Source: Macrostomum lignano (lineage: Eukaryota). From it: a stretch of DNA of 64,000 bases. The stretch spans positions 35,333 through 99,332 of the forward strand of contig NIVC01003410.1 in NCBI GenBank assembly GCA_002269645.1, in the 5' to 3' direction. Under the pieces are notes generated by a model. The model searched no databases, was not told where the DNA came from, and saw only the letters and a program-made list of their open reading frames with translations. How positions within the stretch are numbered: the stretch's first letter is position 1; each line of letters begins with the position of its first letter. The position numbers and the translations under genes are program-made. Positions 51,295 to 62,889 of this stretch are shown here, in pieces.

Positions 51295-52060
51295 CTCTCG
51301 CTCGGTGCGACTTATTTTGACCTCGGTGCGACTTAGCTCGCCCTTAGTGCGACTTAGCTCGGTCCTGCTGCGACTTAGTTCGCCCTCGGTGCGACTTAGC
51401 GCGGTCCTGCTGCAACTTAGCTCGCCCTCGGTGCGACTTAGCTCGGTCCTGCTGCGACTTAGTGCGACTTAGCTCTCGCTCGGTGCGACTTAGTTCGCCC
51501 TCGGTGCGACTTAGCTCGGTCCTGCTGCGACTTAGCTCGCCCTCGGTGCGACTTAGCTCGGTCCTGCTGCGACTTAGCTCGCCCTCGGTGCGACTTAGCT
51601 CGGTCCTGCTGCGACTTAATGCGACTTAGCTCTCGCTCGGTGCGACTTAGTTCGCCCTCGGTGCGACTTAGCTCGGTCCTGCTGCGACTTAGCTCGCCCT
51701 CGGTGCGACTTAGCTCGGTCCTGCTGCGACTTAGCTCGCCCTCGGTGCGACTTAGCTCGGTCCTGCTGCGACTTAGTGCGACTTAGCTCTCGCTCGGTGC
51801 GACTTAGTTCGCCCTTGGTGCGACTTAGCTCGGTCCTGCTGCGACTTAGCTCGCCCTCGGTGCGACTTAGCTCGGTCCTGCTGCGACTTAGTGCGACTTA
51901 GCTCTCGCTCGGTGCAACTTAGTTCGCCCTCGGTGCGACTTAGCTCGGTCCTGCTGCGACTTAGCTCGCCCTCGGTGCGACTTAGCTCGGTCCTGCTGCG
52001 ACTTAGTGCGACTTAGCTCACCCTCGGTGCGACTTACCTTGTCTTCAGTGCTGCAACTTA
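51270..52060. repeat. 21/22-bp minisatellite built on TGCGACTTAG inside the transposon
   Basis: Tandem units GCGACTTAGCTCGCCCTCGGT / GCGACTTAGCTCGGTCCTGCT. Confidence 0.95.
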
Positions 52061-54624
52061 CAGCACTTACAACTCTTTTTGTGTTTTTCTCTTTCTCTTT
52101 GCTTCCTTTTTCTCGTTTTTTCCCTTTCCCTTTCTCTTTTTTCGTTTTTTTGGCGGTTAATCAATTTTGCGACTTACTTGGTTGGCCGCCAAATCGGTCG
52201 GCCGGATCGGCCGACTCAGCCGACTGTTGCGCATGTATGACCATACATGTCTAAAATTTTTGAATTCCAAGATGCATATGAAGCACAGATTTTTAAAATC
52301 CTCAGGTTCCCCAACAGATTTTATACAAATATTGATATGTTTAAAATGCCTTATAAAATTTTATTATTACTATATAAACAAGGCCTAAGCAATATGCTTA
52401 GCATATCAATAAGAAACATTCTCTACCCAATTCATCCTACCCATTTTTGGTAGTCTTGGAAATCAAACAATTAGGTCTAAGCCTTTTAAATAGTTATATA
52501 ATAGATTTGAACTATATTTTTTTTCAAATTCAAGTAAGACAAAGAAATGAAGTTTATAGACTTAATTTAGATTAAGATTTGTCATTTGAATACTAAGTAA
52601 TTGGGTAATGTTACTAATAATTAACTTTTAATAAGTAGCCTAAAAAAGATTCAAGACTAGCTTACATAATAGGCCCCCTAATCTTTAATAATAATACATA
52701 ATGCTATAATTAATAGGCATAGGCCTATCTACAAAAAAATTTAATTCTATGTGGCATGCTGAGTTTTGAAGCTAAATATGCACTAGGGCCTAGTGACTAA
52801 CTAAAATTTAAATTTAATTTGAATTGATAATATAGATAGAAAGCCTCTAGGTAATAAAATTTTATTGGAAGTGCTTATCCCCATGATCCCATGCTGATAA
52901 TTCCAATTTTATCCACATGGATCCATGTTGATAATTTCCAACTTATCTCCACAGCAGCAGCTTATTGAAATAGCTGCTACCATTCAAGTCTATAGGCCAT
53001 GTTAATAATTCCAATTTTATCTACACAGATCTGTGTTGATAATTTTTAGCTTATCCCCATGGCAGCTTATTGGAATAGAGAACCTTAAAATAAATCTGTT
53101 AAAAACTCATATCTACCACTGTATCACCAATACGAACTACTTAGTAACTGCATGTTACATGTACACACACTTGGATGGATCCTGGAAGTGCAGTGTAAGT
53201 CCACGTCAATGATAGATGCGATTGATGTCATGATGTGAGTCGTGACCCTTACTTGGCCAGCCAGGGCTCCATTGAACAAAAAAATATTAGCGGCCCCTCC
53301 CATTTGAATTTAGCGTTTATCCTGGAATTTAGAAACGGTGGTTTATTTAAACAAAAAGCACTCGTCGCATTTCATTAATTATTGCTGCTAGCATTCTCTT
53401 TTATAAAAAGGGTAGCTTGGTCTCCGACTAAAAACAAAAAAATTATTGCCCCTAGCTTGAACTTCGAAAAAACTACAAAGACGTAATGTAACTTCGGCTC
53501 ATTTAATTTTTTTTCGGACTAGACTAGCTAACGTCGGAATCATTGATGCAAGACCAAGGACCAAGTTGTTATATTTACATCGCTTGAATAGGCTTATACC
53601 ACAGGCACAAACTCACTGACTACAAGGTAAAACCTTGAATAATTGAATAATTGAAGTAATATGCTTTTTCGTGGACTATACATGTATAAGTTTAGAAATC
53701 TAGATCGACCATGCAAATATTGTCGTTGATCCAGTCCCGAGTATTGAGCAGTCCTTGGTCAGGGAATAGATGCAGAATTTAATACTAATTTTAACACGTT
53801 TTAAGACGCACTTAATTAAGGAAGTATTGCGCCTAGTGTTCATTGGCCCTTTTATAAGAATTATTTGGCTCTATACTAGCAATAATTGTCTCTAAGATCC
53901 TCAGTATTGTCCCCTGCATGCATGCAGTCTCCTGCTTCCAAAATATATTATCAAGATATTAGGCTATAAGGTATACGTCAGGTAAAATCTTGGCTACAGT
54001 CTGTACTCCATCCATCATAATTAATTTCGGCAAAGACGCTTCTCCATTACCTCCAGCTATCATCGTCACTATTATTTCTTGCATGTAAAATGTAATTTAT
54101 ATGTTGCACAGCACATTCTCATTCTCGTAAACCTTCGCTGCTTTCATTGGCATCTGGAGCGGCACTTATACTTGTACTGTACACTCAGAAGATCTACATG
54201 TAGATCCACAGGTACACCTGTACATGCATATACATGTAGTTTCTCACAGGACTGCAGGCTCTGGCCGCGGTATCACGTACTTGCTTGATTTCCCGCACTT
54301 TCTATAATACACTGGCTATGGTTGAATTAGCAGTCAGAATTAAATTTGGTTGTTAATGAGATCCAAAAACTCACAGAACTGATGGCGAAAATATGCTTCA
54401 TGGGGTTATTTTTAAAATTTTTATGGCACTCTCCACATCTTCCCCAGTCTCTTTGGCACCTTTCGTCTGCGGGGGAGTACTATAGTTCCTCAATCCGTCC
54501 TTTCTTCAATCACAATTTCTCAATAATCTATTCCGACGTACATGTATAGCTATATGGACTCTCCTGAGGATCGGCACGAAGCGCGCGGATACGTACGCAT
54601 ACTCACACTCCTGCTGGGTGTATG

Positions 54625-55480
54625 GCACCATGGTGCTGGCGCCCCTGGTTCTGGCGCCCCTGGGTCTGGCGCCTCTGGCGGTGCTGGCGCCCCTGGTGCT
54701 GGCGCCCCTGGTGCTGGCGCCCCTGGTGTTGGCGCCCCTGGTGCTGGCGCCCCTGGTGCTGGCGCCCCTGGTGCTGGCGCCCCTTTTGCTGGCGCCCCTG
54801 GTGCTGGCGCCCCTGGTGCTGGCGCCCCTGGTGCTGGCGCCCCTGGTGCTGGCGCCCCTGGTGCTGGCGCCCCTGGTGCTGGCGCTCCTGGTGCTGGCGC
54901 CCTGGTGCTGGCGCCCCTGGTGCTGGCGCCCCTGGTGCTGGCGCCCCTGGTGCTGGCGCCCCTGGTGCTGGCGCCCCTGGTGCTGGCGCCCCTGGTGCTA
55001 AAGCCCCTGGTGCTAAAGCCCCTGGTGCTGGCGCCCCTGGTGCTAAAGCCCCTGGTGCTAAAGCCCCTGGTGCTAAAGCCCCTGGTGCTAAAGCCCCTGG
55101 TGCTAAAGCCCCTGGTGCTAAAGCCCCTGGTGCTAAAGCCCCTGGTGCTAAAGCCCCTGGTGCTAAAGCCCCTGGTGCTAAAGTTCCTGGTGCTAAAGCC
55201 CCTGGTGCTAAAGCCCCTGGTGCTAAAGCCCCTGGTGCTAAAGCCCCTGGTGCTAAAGCCCCTGGTGCTAAAGCCCCTGGTGCTAAAGCCCCTGGTGCTA
55301 AAGCCCCTGGTGCTAAAGCCCCTGGTGCTAAAGCCCCTTGGTGCTAAAGCCCCTGGTGCTAAAGCCCCTGGTGCTAAAGCCCCTGGTGCTAAAGCCCCTG
55401 GTGCTAAAGCCCCTGGTGCTAAAGCCCCTGGTGCTAAAGCCCCTGGTGCTAAAGCCCATGTTGCTAAAGCCCCTGGTGCT
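54625..55480. repeat. 15-bp tandem repeat (CCCCTGGTGCTGGCG / CCCCTGGTGCTAAAG)
   Basis: Tandem units with a polarized switch from the AAAG to the GGCG variant; possibly coding (see findings). Confidence 0.95.
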
Positions 55481-56023
55481 GCATGGCGAACTGCTAAAGC
55501 TCCTGTCACAGGAACCAAAACTAATTTTCTTTATAAATGCTGAAATATAGTACAGTAGCCTGTACATACATGTAGAAACAGACCGTGCAACCCTCAAACA
55601 TTAGCTACTTGGTCTAAAACATGAATTTAGAAACATGAACTGTTTTGCTAATTAAGTAAATAATACACTGGCAAGTCATACTGTACGGACAATTAAAAAC
55701 TACACGCACTGCACATACTATTACACTTACAAATGTGTATATATTCTACTGCTAGAGTAGCATGTACATCTCAATGACTTTAATCTAGTATATTTTTTAT
55801 CAGCCGTAGTACAAAATGAAAGTCTATACGTATAGACGTATAGACCAGGTGGCATTTACATCTTCCTTATCTTTGTAATAAAAAATATATAAAAGCATTT
55901 TACTGACAACTCTACTGAGGCTAAATTCAAAGCAAATTGAACAAACCTGTACATAAAAAATATCGAGTTAGAAAATGTTGATCTCAGAGTGTTTAAATGA
56001 TGCCGAAATGATAGCAAGCTGAT

Positions 56024-57234
56024 TTAATGATAGCCCATTAGTCTGCCATCCACTGGCGAGTACATTGGGTTGTGTCCCTTCGCCACTTTCTTGTAGCCGC
56101 CCAGGAAGTTTAGCGTATCTGCGAGTGTTCAGGGAGTCAAGGGATGGGTCAAGTGAGTCAGGGATATCTAGTCAAGTGAGTCAGGGATATTTAGTCAAGT
56201 GAGTCAGGGATATTTAGTCAAGTGAGTCAGGGATATTTAGTCAAGTGAGTCAGGGATATTAGTCAAGTGTGTCAGGGATATTTAGTCAAGTGAGTCAGCT
56301 AGGATGTTAGTCAAGTGAGTCAGGGATATTAGTCAAGTGAGTCAGCTAGGATGTTAGTCAAGTGAGTCAGGGATATTAGTCAAGTGAGTCAGGGATATTT
56401 ATTCAAGTGAGTCAGGGATATTTAGTCAAGTGTGTCAGGGATATTAGTCAAGTGAGTCAGGGATATTAGTCAAGTGAGTCAGCAATATTTAGTCCAGTGA
56501 GTCAGGGATATTAGTCAAGTGAGTCAGGAGATAATATTCAAGTGAGTCAGGGATATTAGTCAAGTGAGTCAGGGATATTAGTCAAGTGAGTCAGCAATAT
56601 TTAGTCAAGTGAGTCAGCAATATTTAGTCAAGTGAGTCAGGGATATTAGTCAAGTGTGTCAGAGATATTTAGTTAAGTGAGTCAGGGGATAATATTCAAG
56701 TGAGTCAGGGATATTAGTCAAGTGAGTCAGCAATATTTAGTCCAGTGAGTCAGGGATATTAGTCAAGTGAGTCAGGAGATAATATTCAAGTGAGTCAGGG
56801 ATATTAGTCAAGTGTGTCAGAGATATTTAGTTAAGTGAGTCAGGGGATAATATTCAAGTGAGTCAGGGATATTAGTCAAGTGAGTCAGCAATATTTAGTC
56901 CAGTGAGTCAGGGATATTAGTCAAGTGAGTCAGGAGATAATATTCAAGTGAGTCAGGGATATTAGTCAAGTGTGTCAGAGATATTTAGTTAAGTGAGTCA
57001 GGGGATAATATTCAAGTGAGTCAGGGATATTATTCAAGTAAGTCGGGATGTTAGTCGAGTGGGTCAGGAATCTTCAGAAAGAATTTTCAGAAAGAAAGTA
57101 GAAAAGCAGAAGAACAGGTTGCTGCTGGTGCGGAACTTACCTCTGGCGCAGCAGTAAGTGGTGTGGAGCCCAATCAGGAGAATTAGCAGGCACAGGACTA
57201 GCTTGGCACTTCCGCCACTGCGTTGCCAAAGCAT
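56024..57234 (-). CDS. Putative secreted peptide E (62 aa; exons 57234-57141, 56118-56024), divergent member of the A-D family
   Basis: MLWQRSGGSAKLVLCLLILLIGLHTTYC-CAR|DTLNFLGGYKKVAKGHNPMYSPVDGRLMGYH*. GTAAGT donor, CTCGCAG acceptor, phase 1; same architecture, weak sequence similarity. Confidence 0.6.
56145..57060. repeat. 22/23-bp minisatellite (AGTCAAGTGAGTCAGGGATATT) in the intron of peptide E
   Basis: Tandem units with higher-order blocks. Confidence 0.95.
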
Positions 57235-57832
57235 AGAAAATCAGTTTAAACAGCAGTTTTAGTAATAAAATAAAACTGAGATTTATTGAACTTCAATACA
57301 TTCAACAAGTTGATCTGCGCAATATAATTAAAATCCATAAAATTGTTTTTTATAGTTTCTGTCATAGACATTTTCAGAACGGTTTTGTAGATTGAAACTG
57401 ATTGGATTAGATTTGGCGCATGCAAAACTTCTGACAGCAAACCGTTGCAAATTTCGAATAATAATATAGATATTGAAAATACGCCATACATCAAATACAT
57501 GCAGAGCAGCAAGTGCCTTACCTGTTACGGACAGATCTTTTTAGAAGCAGGGGTTGTGTGCACCCTGGTGCACTTTAAGCGACATTGTCACACAACCGGC
57601 GAGAGGCATTGCTGCCCATTCCGCCGGCTCCCCTGAGCAGGCATACAAGCGCGCGGATACGTACGCAGTCACACGCACAGGCACACACACAGGAGTGTAC
57701 AGCAGCCCTAACTCTATTTATCGTTAGGCATGTACACTTTACTGTGCCTTGGGAGTTGGAGCTCAAGGCCGTTAATTGCACGAGCAGAGCCAAGCCGAGA
57801 TTCCAATTTAGCCCCAAATTAATGTGACTGCA

Positions 57833-57897
57833 CTTGAAATCGAGCCTGGGCCGCTGGCACACCAGAGCGCCGCATTGGACCACTGGGCTACGGCACC
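57833..57897 (-). mobile_element. tRNA-like SINE head fragment
   Basis: Minus strand GCCGTAGCCCAGTGGTCCAATGCG...GGCTCGATTTC shows A/B-box-like motifs; there is no clean cloverleaf. Confidence 0.45.
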
Positions 57898-57914
57898 CCC
57901 TGTTTTAGACAGAT

Positions 57915-58525
57915 GCCTCACCTGTCACCTGTCACCTGTCACCTTTCACCTGTTTCACCTTTTACCTGTCACCTGTCACCTGTCACCTGTCACCTGTCAC
58001 CTGTCACCTGTCACCTTTCACCGGTCACCTGTCACCTGTCACCTGTCACCTTTTACCTGTCACCTTTTACCTGTCACCTTTTACCTGTCACCTTTTACCT
58101 GTCACCTTTTACCTGTCACCTTTTACCTGTCACCTTTTACCTGTCACCTTTTACCTGTCACCTTTTACCTGTCACCTTTTACCTGTCACCTTTTACCTGT
58201 CACCTGTCACCTGTCACCTGTCACCTGTCACCTTTCACCGGTCACCTGTCACCTGTCACCTGTCACCTTTTACCTGTCACCTTTTACCTGTCACCTTTTA
58301 CCTGTCACCTTTTACCTGTCACCTTTTACCTGTCACCTTTTACCTGTCACCTTTTACCTGTCACCTTTTACCTGTCACCTTTTACCTGTCACCTTTTACC
58401 TGTCACCTTTTACCTGTCACCTTTGACCTGTCACCTTTTACCTGTCACCTGTCACCTGTAACCTGTCACCTGTCACCTGCCACCTGTCACCTGTCACCTG
58501 CCACCTGTCACCTGTCACCTGTTAC
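57915..58525. repeat. 7/15-bp repeat (TCACCTG / TCACCTTTTACCTG-type)
   Basis: Seen directly. Confidence 0.95.
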
Positions 58526-59132
58526 TCGTAGAGAACAAACAGATTTCCATTACAAGTAAAATAAACAAACGGCTTTTTCAGGCCGATCAATAAATCAATT
58601 CTAGAAAAAAATCAAATAAAAAAAAATCTAGTTAGCGAACGGGGGCCGCCAATCCCCAGCTTCTCCTCGCTGATCCCCTCATCATCGTGTGAAATCCTTA
58701 AAACGGCCCATCACCCCAGCGCTCTGAAGAGGGTCCTTCGCTCCGTCTTTTGTCGGGCAGCCACTCGCGAGGCCAGTTGAAGTGACGGAGCGCCGGCTTG
58801 CCTTCCTTTCCGGCTGGGTCGACAGTCAGCAAAAAAGGCATTGGCGAAGGTTTCTTCTAAAATGATATTGATTTCTCCCATTCGGAGCCTCGGGTGTCGG
58901 TTCCGGGTCACAGATTCTGCGCGCTCACTCTTTATCCCTTTAATCCAACGAAGAATGGAAAGGCCGAATGGCAGTTGAAAAGCTGGGTGAGGTATTTAAG
59001 GGAAGAGAAAAAACTGAAAAAATATTGCCTAAATACCGTCCCATCAGCCTGTGTGAGCAGAAAGTCAGAAGGGTTGAAGGCTGCCCCTGCTGTGACATCA
59101 CAGCAGCTGACCAACTGTTTCCAGGTGAGCAA

Positions 59133-59500
<368 letters not shown>

Positions 59501-60534
59501 TCTATATGAGAGGGCTAAGAACCAGTTTACTAATCTTATATTTACAGTATTCTCAGTCAGTACAGTTCTTAGTTAAGCCCCATTCCACTAAACGGCACGA
59601 GCGAATCGGTAGCAAAGTGATCATTAATTATTTACATGTAAATTCGTCACCTCTATCTCTAATTAATTCCCTCTCTGCTCAGTGCAGTCTCAACCAAATC
59701 AGTACACTTGATTTGCCAGTTTTTAAAGCGGCGTGTGCAGGCGCTATTTTAATTTACAATCTTTAATTAGAGATAAGGTTCGTAAACTTTTAATACACTA
59801 TACATATGAAAGTAATCTTATAATATCAGTGGCTAAACTTGTTTTCGTTGACGTTTTAGAATCTCAAACAACACTTCAACACTAATTGGTGAACTGAGCC
59901 TGTTGAAATCCAATTATTTTATCTCATTCTCAAGTGGCGGCAAAGTCAAGAGTTATTTTTTTCAAGCAATTAAAGTACTAAATGAACTTTTCAATTGACC
60001 TATATTTTGACAGAATCGAAAACTGCAGTGGAGCGCTGTATACACTCGATTTTACTAGAAACGAGTGGGTTGTGCCATAGACAAATTTGATTGAGAGAAA
60101 TCTCTCTCCAGTCTCCAGCCCATTCCTTTATAACTTTATAACCGGCCGAGGGCACAGTTGAGGAGGTGCGGGTCACGGTCAGCCACTTCAAGCTGCCTCG
60201 AAAGATCATTTCATAGGCTGGAATGCAGTCAGTCCAATAGGCAATAGCTGGAAAGAAACGATTGCACTTCTTGACCACGTTTGGTTATATAGTACGGTAT
60301 TGATCCCCGTTAAAAAATAAGATTGTGACTTGAATAAAGTATAAAATTACCCAGATCTCAGAAATGCATAACTTTAGTGCTGAGCAGCTAGCAATGACAG
60401 ACCAAGCAACTGACTCTGCAGCAGTGGATGCTGCGATGACGTCATCAGCTTCCATAGCTGGCCGGCAAGTTCGGTACTGCATGCTGCGGCCGCCAGGGCA
60501 TGCGGACCTATCTGCCGCTCACAGTGAGTAGCTC

Positions 60535-60925
<391 letters not shown>

Positions 60926-61691
60926 ATGGCCGGACGGACAGACTTAATTCAGCATCCCAGCTTCGAAGCCTCATCTGCTCGCTTTCAATTCAGTGTCCCT
61001 CGACGGGAGCGAATTTGCATTTACCTCGCAGTGGGAAAATAAGATTCGTTTTGTTAGAAAACCGTCCTCACCAACAGACACGTGAATTTCCTGACTGATG
61101 CTGCCTATAAAAGATTGAAAGGCTTGACTTAACGATTTTTCTTATTAAGCCTCAGCCAGTGCTACTCATAGCTGGTCTCACAGCTGTAAGCTGCTCAGCC
61201 CTCTGTTCCCAGGAGGCTGGAAGTGTCTTCACGGAAGCAGCTGGGTGGCAACTAGCAGCTATCTATCTTCTCAGCTTATGCAGGAGGGGATTGGCTGGCT
61301 GAGCAGCCAAGGAGAGACGCTGGCAGGCATTCAGAATGAGGCTGAGTGCCTGCATCAACCGCGCACATCTCTATCCTGCGAGATGAAATTCACTCAGAGA
61401 GTCCAAAAAGTGGTTATGATGCTCATCTTCTTAAGCTTTAATCCGCTGCCGGCTTGTCCGTAACTCTCATATCCGTTCCGGTCTCTTTCCTAAAAATACT
61501 GGATTAATAGGCGACTTTTCCCACTGTAGTTTATCGTATTTGGTGTCGCAATCATTCTTCCAGAGCACAGAAGCGGCAGTGGAGGCGGCGGCGGTGCCCA
61601 CAGCAGACATCGGTCTGACAACGGAGAGTTGCAGAGCGTCAACAACTCGATAGCTGGGACTGCAGTTCCGGCGGGCAGTCCCTGGGTTCGC

Positions 61692-62762
61692 ATGGAGCTC
61701 AGCGCGGGGCCAGCGAGTCAGCGGACTTCGATGACGCGCGCCGAACAGCAGGATCCGTTGCTAATTGGCGAAGTAGCATCGGCTCCGAGTGTTGGCGCCA
61801 AGCACCTGAGCGTGATGCAGATCATTAGCATGAATTTTGTCCGCTACTGTCAAACAACGTCGCTTAGAGGCGTGCCAAAAATAGTGAAGACCAAGGAGAA
61901 GTTCTTGAAGGTGGTCTGGGCGAGCTTCGTTCTCGCCTTCTTTCTCGGCTGTCTCACCTGTTTGGCCCTCATCATCAATCAGTACTTGGCGCATGACGTC
62001 ATCCACCAGCCGAAAACGATGCGGAATTATTCTGTTGAATTTCCATCGTTCACCGTGTGCAACACGCGGCCGCTGTCGCAGGCTGGGATCGCCTACATCC
62101 GCAGCCACGGCCTCATGCTGCCCAAGGAGTACAGCCAGCACTACATTCGAGCCATCAGGAACACGGCTCGCAACATGAACGGATTGAAGACTGAACTATT
62201 CAACTTGACAGTTAAAGACGCATTGAGCACAATATTCGACACTAAAGGCTACTATGAGAACATGCCTGCGGGTATCGACATGAACCAGTTCGGGCACGCA
62301 CTGGAGCAGACCATACTACTCTGCGAGAGCACCATTCTCATGAACAGTTTCAAACGATCGAAAATCTGCGACAGCATCGGCCACTGGACTCAGACTTACG
62401 ATAATAAATTCCTGAACTGTTACACCTTCACAGCGGACGCCAACCACACGAAGTCAATTCTAACAGTTCGCATTATGGCTTTCACAAACGAGAGAAACCT
62501 GACCTACTGCCCGGACTGCAGCAATTTCCCAGCTACGCAAGTGTCGGGACTTCGCGTTCAGCTGCACAATGCGGGAAATTATCCCGAGGTGCAGGAGGAG
62601 GGACTCAACATCAAGCCGGGCAGCCTGACCGAGATCCGGTTTGACACGAAGCAGTGGATGATGAAGGAGCCACCGCATGGACGCTGCTCAGAGACTGTGC
62701 CGCCCACATTGCAGTTTAACGGCACCAATTTCACGTACAGCTACCAGGCGTGCAAAAATAAG
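61692..62762 (+). CDS. DEG/ENaC (ASIC/FaNaC-like) sodium channel, first large coding exon; the gene continues beyond the window
   Basis: FVRYCQTTSLRGVPKI pre-TM1 motif, TM1 VVWASFVLAFFLGCLTCLALII, FPSFTVCN, FLNCYTF, GLRVQLH..YP....G.NIKPG, YSYQAC; GTAAGG donor after 62762. The start may be ATG 61692 or 61731. Confidence 0.88.
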
Positions 62763-62889
62763 GTAAGGTATCGACCTGACTGCGAGCTGCCCATGGCAAA
62801 CTTTCAGTATTCAGGGATGTTAGGTAAACGCTTTGAGCATCAAAGGCAGCAAGGGTTTTTCTACAGTGGGAAATAAAGATTGTGAATAT

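Larger units (their letters stand above)
49509..52239. mobile_element. 2731-bp non-autonomous DNA transposon (P-like termini) carrying a cargo ORF
   Basis: TIRs CATACATGCGCAAC / GTTGCGCATGTATG; perfect 8-bp TSD ACCATACA at 49501-49508 and 52240-52247; an extra internal right end near 49729-49795; no transposase seen. Confidence 0.8.

Noticed and set aside
54374-54467. Calling the CQRDWGRC exon a macin (hydramacin/theromacin) gene
   Set aside because: Only the first two Cys and DW-x-R match; the downstream Cys spacing and the TG-x-LW segment of macins are absent.
58711-59132. YRPISL-containing ORF as a reverse transcriptase fragment
   Set aside because: Only one short motif; no other RT motifs in any frame nearby.
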